From the NCBI GenBank assembly GCA_963777955.1, contig CAVZSQ010000017.1:160001-224000 (forward strand): a DNA stretch of 64,000 nucleotides, in the 5' to 3' direction. A program made the translations under genes and the position numbers. The stretch is from Calditrichia bacterium (GTDB lineage Bacteria > Calditrichota > Calditrichia > JAJRVZ01). Of the stretch, positions 56,901-64,000 are shown in pieces (position 1 is the first letter of the stretch; each line of letters begins with the position of its first letter). Under the pieces are notes generated by a model, which worked only from the letters and a program-made list of their open reading frames with translations, was not told the DNA's origin and ran no database searches.

Positions 56901-57638
56901 ATGTCAGGTAAGACTTTCTTTATTGCTGGCCGGTATGGTTTTTATGCTGGCGGATTTTAGCGGTTGCACGCTGATCGGAGTGATCGGGGGTGCAATCAGT
57001 GATACCAACAGGGCCACGATCGATTCACCGGCCTGGAAAACAGGGATAAGATCAAACCAGGCAGCGGGGTAAAGGTGCAACTGCGGGATCAACAGATTAT
57101 TGCACGGGACATTCCAGGAATGGGCGGCGATCGACTCCGCCGAATATTCCCGCCGGTACGAGGAATTTTACACCGCGGCAAAATTCGATGATTTATTCCC
57201 GGCCCTGCAGGATACTGTCTGTTTCAGCCGGAAGTACGGCATGTTTACCCTGCCGCCTGACCGGAAATACCGGTTCAGCGGTTTTGATCCTGAACTCGGT
57301 CCGGCTGCAAACTCTGAACGGTAACCAGACCAGAACGGGCAGCCTGGATACCCTGGTGACGATCATCGATCAGCGTGGAAAAAATATGGCGGTGCAGAAC
57401 ATCAGAGTATATATGGATAACGGCATGGTGCCGCTGTGCTCGGAACTGGTTTTAAAGGTAAATAATGACCTGCACAACATCGGGCAGCGAAAATATTATA
57501 AGCATCAAGTCCCCGGTCAAACCTAACCGGATCATAGTTTACGGCGTAATCGGCCTGGGGTTGGATGTTTTGATAATACGCCTGATGGCCCAGTCGCTGT
57601 CAAATTCCTTAAAAGCCGGTATGGTAAATTGGAACTGA
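56901..57638 (+). CDS. Lipoprotein of the three-copy family, copy 3 (several frameshifts)
   Basis: AGGAGG RBS, FSGC lipobox, LFPALQDTV, RFSGFD, MVPLCSEL, GLGLDVLII. Confidence 0.7.
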
Positions 57639-57639
57639 C

Positions 57640-57836
57640 GCCAGGTCTGCGACCTTTATTTTTTAATTATTGAACTTGCTACAAATATCGCTGCTGGCAT
57701 CACTACGCACTTTTTCTTATTTCTTTTCTTTAATCTTTCATCTTTAATCTTCACAAAGTGCTTTCTCCTGCCTCTTAACCTTTTAACCTCTTAACCTTTT
57801 AGCCTTTTATCCTCTTAACCTTTTGTCCTCTTTACC
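57640..57836. repeat. Composite repeat; inverted copy of 36670-36750 plus pyrimidine octamer array
   Basis: Reverse complement reads GTGAAGATTAAAGATGAAAGATTAAAGAAA..AAAGTG.GTA.TGATGC; CCTCTTAA/CCTTTTAA array. Confidence 0.8.
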
Positions 57837-57931
57837 CCCCCAACTAATGTAAACCCTGATAAAGTCGATCATAATATTAAATTCTGTATATTTTAATTTT
57901 ATAAGAATCACCCGGGGGAAAAGAATATATT

Positions 57932-59158
57932 ATGATTAAAAAAATAACTCTTCTTACCGCACTCTCATTTGTAATCCTGCTGTCGCGGTTAAGCGTTTCC
58001 CAGACACAAAACGTGGCGGTGACTAATTTTGATGCTCTGGGGATCGCTCCGATCAGAGGCTGCGGCGCTGACCGATCGTTTCCGCAGCGAATTGTTTCTT
58101 ACCAGTGCTTATACGGTCCTGGAACGGGACCGCATGGAAGAAATTTTACAGGAACAGGGTTTCCAGCAGGCCGGCTGCAGCAGTAACGATTGCATGGCAG
58201 AAATCGGTAAATTGCTGAATGTCCAGCAGATTTTTGCCGGATCAGTTTCGCAATTCGGTAATTTATTTACGGTAATGATCCGCCAGATCGATGTGGAGAG
58301 TGGAAAAATCGTTAATTCACAGGCTCTGGATTTCAGCGGCGGCAAGGAAAAAATGATGACCGAAGGCATGCGCAACCTGGCCCGCTATTTTGCCGGAGGG
58401 AAAGCAGCACCCGTCTTCGATCTGCTCCTGCGCTGCCGTCCAACGTGCAGTCCACCGTCGATAGCGAAACCGGTCTCGAATATATCCGGATACCCGGCGG
58501 TACTTTTAATATGGGCAGCACATATCCCGGCGGATTCGACAGCGAGTTGCCAGTGCACCAGGTAACGCTGTCGGATTTTTTTCTGGGTAAAACTGAAGTA
58601 ACCGTGGCGCAGTATCGCCGCTATTGCCAGGCAAGCGGAAAGGACCTGCCCAGGGAACCTCCCTGGGGCTGGCAGGAAGATGAACCGATAGTCAATATCA
58701 GCTGGGCAGATGCAGCAAGTTTCTGCAAATGGGCCGGCGGACGCCTGCCCACGGAAGCGGAATGGGAGTATGCCGCGCGCAGTTGCGGGAAAGAGGAAAA
58801 ATGGGCCGGGACCAACAGCGAGACGGAAGTGAATAACTACATCTGGTATGATATGACCAGTGATTTTAAACCTAATACTGTGGGGACAAAAAATCCCAAT
58901 GCCCTGGGACTTTATGATATGAGCGGCAATGTGTGGGAGTGGTGCTTTGACTGGTATGATGAATATACTAAGAAACCGCAGGTCGACCCGACGGGCCCGG
59001 CTAAAGCGAAGAAGGCCCGGGTCTGGCGCAGCGGTTGTTATGCCGCAGCATTAGCACATTCCCGTTGTACCAGGCGGGCCAGCTCCAGCCCTGACCAGTA
59101 TTATGAGTGGTTGGGCTTTCGGGTAGCCAAAGGTATAATCAATAAGGCGCAGCGGTAA
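57932..59158 (+). CDS. Secreted protein with CsgG/TolB-N-like domain and SUMF1/FGE-sulfatase (CLec-fold) domain (frameshifts)
   Basis: VLERDRMEEILQEQ...EIGKLL; IPGGTFNMG, KTEVTVAQY, RLPTEAEWEYAAR, GLYDMSGNVWEWC, GFRV. Confidence 0.85.
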
Positions 59159-59160
59159 AA

Positions 59161-59348
59161 AGGCACAAAGGTCGAAGACCTGGCGCTGAGACAGGCACAT
59201 AGGCACAAAAATAATGATTAAAGATGAAAGATTTAGGAATCAAGAAGTTTTAAAATAATGATGCCGGAGGCATCGACGCTTCGACTACGCTCAGCGACCA
59301 AGAAATTGATGCCCGAGCGCAGTCGAGAGCCGGTGGGGTCGGACAGGT
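59161..59348. repeat. Composite repeat mosaic
   Basis: Family B within AGGCACAA octamers, GATTAAAGATGAAAGATT, GATGCCGGAGGCATC, TTCGACTACGCTCAG/CCGAGCGCAGTCGA pair. Confidence 0.8.
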
Positions 59349-59400
59349 TTCACAAGATCCTTTTCTCGTAAAAGATTTATAAAAGTTTTGATCGTTCCTT

Positions 59401-60670
59401 TCAATTTAACCGGACTGCTTTTTTTGTCCTGCTTTGGCCGTTTATAATTATCCGGTAGAAATAAACGCCTGAAGATACTGCAAGGTTTTGCCGGTCCTTT
59501 CCATCCCAGACAATGCTATGCTGTCCCGAAGTGTAGAATCCGTTTATTAATTGTTTGATCTCGCGGCCATTTAAATCATAAATTTTAATCGATACGTGTG
59601 CCTTCCGGTTAAGAGTGAAGGCTATATTGGTGGCCGGATTAAATGGATTGGGATAATTTTGAAATAGTTCAAATTCTTGAATGGCTTGCTCTGTGTTGTC
59701 TCTAATATTTGTTACCGTATCACCGTTTTCGTCTATTAATAACTGGCTATAATAGATATAGTGATAGTTATTTCCATTTGAATCAGGTCCCCGATCGGAT
59801 TCAAAGTATAAAAATTTTCCATCCGCTGGTAATTGATGGAAAAGCATCATAGCCAAGATTGCCAGGATTGTACCAGGGCACACTGTCAGGCGGTTGTGTA
59901 TTTATATTAAGCCGCAGCGGATCACCGTACCCACCCTCTAGCTAGAATCATAGTATGCCACCACAAGCTCATATTCAGCATGCTCAATCATGTCCAACCA
60001 CCAACTAAAATATACCTTCCTCATTATTCTTTGTCATTGTTAGACCATTTACTACTACCGCCATGGGTGAGAATATCATGATCAAATGATTGCGGAACTC
60101 TGCCATTGTTGTAATGTATCATTCCAGGCCGAAACAAGAAGATTGGAAACGGTGCCAGTGACTCTGCCAAAATAAGAGATTTTTATCATCGGGAGTAAAA
60201 CAAAACCATTCAATAACATCGGTATTGATGTTTGAGCCCAAGTTTTTAGCCACATCCCAGTCATTGAGACTTTCAGACCATTCACTTACCCATAAATCCC
60301 ATGAGCCAAATCCACCGGTTCTTTCATAATCGACAAAATATATTTTCTTACCATCAGCAGATATAGTAGGATTTCGTGCAAAGCCATAATTAATATGTGG
60401 ACTCAAAGTAACCGGCACTTGCCAAACACCAGCTTGCCGGTAACTTATTTGTATGCCCATTCCATTAAGAAATACAAGTGTGTCGCCCCCCCGGGAAATA
60501 GAAGGTTCTACTCCTCTCCCTATGTTTTCTAACATTACAGGTTCGCTCCATACCTCTGGTGCCATAGAAGGTGGAGGTGGCGTTTGAGCCAGAATGGTAT
60601 TAAAAGTCATCATAATAAATAAAAAGATGCCATAATCTCGAATTATCTTTTTTTCAATTAATTCTCTCAT
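59401..60670 (-). CDS. Secreted PD40/TolB-like repeat protein with FlgD-Ig-type C-terminal domain (frameshifts)
   Basis: PTISADGKKIYF...GGFGSWDLWVS, NLGSNINT; QNYPNPFNP...WDGKD...SSGVYFYRI. Confidence 0.75.
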
Positions 60671-60969
60671 TAAAACTCGCCTTTATTCAGTAATTTCAGT
60701 TTATCTTATAAATAAACAAAATCATGAAAGAATATTAAAACTAAGTAATTCATAATTTTTCTAACGTCCGAATTTTCTTCAAGAATTAACAGAGATTATT
60801 TAAATAAACGCTTATCTATCAATTTATTTTAATCTTATATAAAGTCAAGTGTAAAGATATGATTCGGCATCAGTACTCCCTGAATTCATGTGTTTTAAGT
60901 TTAATCCGATTTCATGAAAGTCTGATTCACCGTTTTATGATAGTGCCGCCGGAAGTGCCTGCTACTTAT

Positions 60970-61158
60970 AAGGGTAAAGGTAAAAGGATAAAGGTAAAGA
61001 AAAAACATTCTACTATCTTATTTATCCTTTATCCATTATCCTTTTTCCTTAATTCATAGATTCCCGCCTGTACTAAAATCAAGCGAGACATTCGATCTGC
61101 GGGAATGACCTCCGGACTTTTCTTCTCAGGAACTCAGGAACTAAGGTACTAAGGTACT
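60970..61158. repeat. Composite repeat (inverted heptamer arms, family A, octamer array)
   Basis: AAAGGTA/AAAGGAT and TTTATCC arms, family A at 61058-61109, CTCAGGAA/CTAAGGTA array. Confidence 0.8.
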
Positions 61159-61160
61159 TC

Positions 61161-61189
61161 TTGACTCACCCCGTATTATATTCTATATT
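61161..61189 (+). promoter_or_regulatory. Sigma-70-type promoter (paralog of 52370)
   Basis: TTGACT-N17-TATATT. Confidence 0.65.
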
Positions 61190-61342
61190 ATTCCGGCGTT
61201 ACTATTCATATTGCACGATTGTCAGCACTTATTATTCATAACGAAATATCTTATTCCTGCTCATAATTTATTTTCGGCCCGGCCGGAGCAGGGAAATGCA
61301 AAAATATTTCTAAACATCTTTTATTTTTCAGAAAGGGAACTT

Positions 61343-62160
61343 ATGAAAACCCTGATGATTTTAATTCTGCCGCTGCTGCTGGTTCGGCCCAGGCCCAGGA
61401 GGGCAGCGGGCCCGATACGCTGGAATCCAACTGGTCGTTCGGCGTGCTGTATACCCCGATTTCGTCGGACCGGATTTATCAGATCTATTACTACCCTTAC
61501 TATGATTATGCGTATATCGATAGCTGGATCATACCACCTTATCCTTATCCTTATCCGGTCAACTATGTGATCGAAAATACCGAGCCGGAAATGGAAATGC
61601 AACTGACCTTGAAACATCCGCGTTACGCCCGGGTGCGGGTGTCCTTCGATTTCAGTTATACCCGCACCTACAGCCACGAGCTGAAGGGAGGAACATATTT
61701 ACTATCCGGCTTCCTCTTCCTACTATGATTACGGCCGCAGGTATACCGATGATATGAAGATCTTCCGGCTCAGTATCGGTTTTAAATTGTACTTCTCCGT
61801 CCTGCAGGTTAAGAAGGTCAGTCCCTACATACACATCGGCGCAGGCAAGCAGCTGGCATTCGTGACGCACAAAAATGAAGATCTGTATCCCAGCAGCCGC
61901 TGGTCACTGAGCAGGATAACGAAGAGGAATACCTGGAAGAATTGAACTCGCCGGTGCACATTTTTGCCGGCTTCGGGGTGGAATATCCTTTTAACAGATC
62001 CCTGTCCTTGTTTGCCCTGGCGCGTTTCTATTATTCCTGGTCCGACAGCAAGTATGATTACCGTTATATACAAGACGATCGTACCGAAACCAGGACCAGC
62101 GACAGCGATGCGGCCGGTCTGATCAAGCGCGTCGGCCTGGGACTCAATTTTTATTTTTAG
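61343..62160 (+). CDS. Outer-membrane beta-barrel protein, short paralog of 52505-53629 (frameshifts)
   Basis: WSFGVLY, VSPYIHIGAGKQLAFVT, NSPVHIFAGFGVEY, LIKRVGLGLNFYF. Confidence 0.75.
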
Positions 62161-62172
62161 CAGGGTAAGATT

Positions 62173-64000
62173 ATGAGCAAGTCTGTGCTGAAAGTACAGC
62201 GCTTATCTTGATTTGTTTTTATCTGGGACTCCTGCCGGCACAGCAGAATTCACTGTTCATGGCGCCCGATACATTGCCGGTATTGCCAGCGCTAAAAACT
62301 GATTTCCTGATCAATTCGCTGAGCGGTGATTATGGTGCGGAGCAACTGGAACCGGCCGTTGCTGCCGACAGCAGCGGAAACTATGCCGTGGCCTGGATCG
62401 ATCTGCGTAATATCAGGACAGGAAGTATATATTCAGTTTTTCAATAACCGCGATGAGCCGCTGGGCGACAATATGCCGGTCAGTGACCGGTCTGATGATA
62501 TTGCCTTCTCGTCATCAATTGCTGCCAATGAAAGAGGGGATGTCGTTGTTGCCTGGGAAAATACAGCCGGGGAACTTATGGTACAGAAATTTTCAGCCAC
62601 AGGGAAAAAATCGGCAGCAATATCTGGGTGAACAATGCGGCTGAAGTCGGTTTACTTCGGTCCAGCCCTGGCCGTCGCCGGGAACGGCTCTTTTCTGGTC
62701 AGCTGGTCCGGCTGGTACAATCAGTACAATATCTTTGCCACGTATTTATGATGCCGACGCCAGCCTGGTCCGCGAAATTCGTACTCAATGATAGCCTGAG
62801 CCAGCGAGGATTCAGTTTGACCGATCATGGCGCCGCCGTTGATGGTCAGGGAAATTTTGTGGTGGTCTGGAATCAGACTGAGTATAATTCCATCCTGCTA
62901 TATTTTTACGGCAACTTGATTCGCAGGGCAATAAACAGGGGAATCAGAATTCAAGTTAGCGCCGGCGCGGATATTCTGTTTCATAGGTTCCAGCCATTAT
63001 GGCCACTGCAGACGGTTATTTTTTCATTATCTGGAATTTTTCAATGCACTTAATGGTCAATGACGGCACCGCCGCCAGGATATACCGCAGCGATGGACAG
63101 GGTACTGTCGGAACCGCTGGTTATTTCAGACCAATAATACCGATTTGTATTCGGATTTACTGGCCGGGAACCGCAAAGACACCTTCTGGATTTTCAATCA
63201 ATAGTTTGATCAGGATAGATTCAGTTGCCAGAAGATCAGTAAAACCGGAGAACTGCAGGGAGAACCGATAATTCGGTACTCTGGAGCTATGCGGATTCGC
63301 TGTCATACCCGCGGGCTGGGTATTGCCGATCTGGTCACCGGATCAGTTTTGCCTGAGCTTTTATGCAGTATCGCCGCAGCGATTCGGATATTTTCGCACA
63401 AAAATACGATCTTAATCTCCTACCCATTAATGAACCGGTCAAGGCCAACCTGGATCCCTGGGGTGCCTGGCAGACCAGGCCGCTGGTCTGTTTTAATCAG
63501 CAGGGCAGTTCCATTGTCCTGTGGGAGGACCGGCGCAATGGCCGCCGGGATCTGTACGCCCAGGTCTATGATCCGGATTATAATGCGGTCGGGGAAAACC
63601 TGCAGATCAATGACCTGTCCGGGGATTACTGGTATTTAGCCGATAAGGATGTCCAGGCGCTGAGTGATGGAAAGTTTGTAATCGCTTTCAGCGGCACTGA
63701 AAATATGAATGACCGGGATATATATTTGCAGATCGTCGATCCCGCAGGGTTATAAAATCAATGCGAATAAATTGGTAAGAAGATTAATAATGCGGAATAT
63801 ACTATAATGTTGAAATAAAAATTAACCGGCAGGATCAGATATTACTCTGCTGGTATGATAGACATTTCGGCCTATCTGCAGAAATATGATCAGAATCTGG
63901 CAGATCTGTCAGCGGAAAAAAACTTGTATAATAATGTGTCTCAAGCTTATTACCAGGCGATTGCTGTTTCAATCAATGACGGATCTGAATATTTTTATCA
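62173..64000 (+). CDS. Secreted beta-repeat protein, paralog of 53642-56374 (frameshifts, runs off the window)
   Basis: GDYGAEQLEPAVAADSSGNYAVAW, PLVCFNQQGSSIVLWEDRRNGRRDLYAQVYDP. Confidence 0.75.

Noticed and set aside
59010..59125. Diversity-generating retroelement in this window
   Set aside because: No reverse transcriptase and no second copy of this segment were found in the window
28047..61109. Repeats as integron attC sites
   Set aside because: No RYYYAAC/GTTRRRY boxes, genes lie in mixed orientations, and no integron integrase is in the window

Overview
Bacterial chromosome segment, probably from an FCB-group diderm such as Calditrichota or KSB1. That lineage is inferred from several secreted proteins ending in a (Q/P)N(Y/F)PNPFN...GI/VYF...K C-terminal sorting-type domain. 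Many single-base indels split even essential genes (gyrB, gyrA), so most split ORFs are treated as long-read consensus errors, not pseudogenes. 1-14.8 kb is housekeeping: possible oriC, dnaN-recF-dciA-gyrB-gyrA-rex, mtnA, a SigR/RsrA-like ECF sigma and zinc anti-sigma pair with candidate GGAAT-N18-GTY promoters, a histidine kinase, a hydrolase and bcp. 15-20.7 kb is a double-glycine bacteriocin-type cluster: C39-peptidase ABC transporter, membrane protein, CxxC thioredoxin-like protein, two precursors with 49-aa two-Cys hydrophobic cores, and an ABC pair. A Yip1-TolC-MacAB-type operon follows at 21-27.9 kb. 28-64 kb is an accessory zone of cassette-like secreted and lipoprotein genes separated by nested mosaics of short palindromic and 7-9-mer tandem repeats. 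It holds a duplicated ~108-bp covarying structured element around an XRE-HTH/ImmA-IrrE/DUF2188 insert and an AT-rich island (decayed IS256 plus a TPR kinase and NtrC-type regulator). It also contains ssb, a candidate ECF-driven sRNA, three paralogous lipoproteins and a duplicated beta-barrel plus secreted-protein module. No rRNA, tRNA or CRISPR array was seen.
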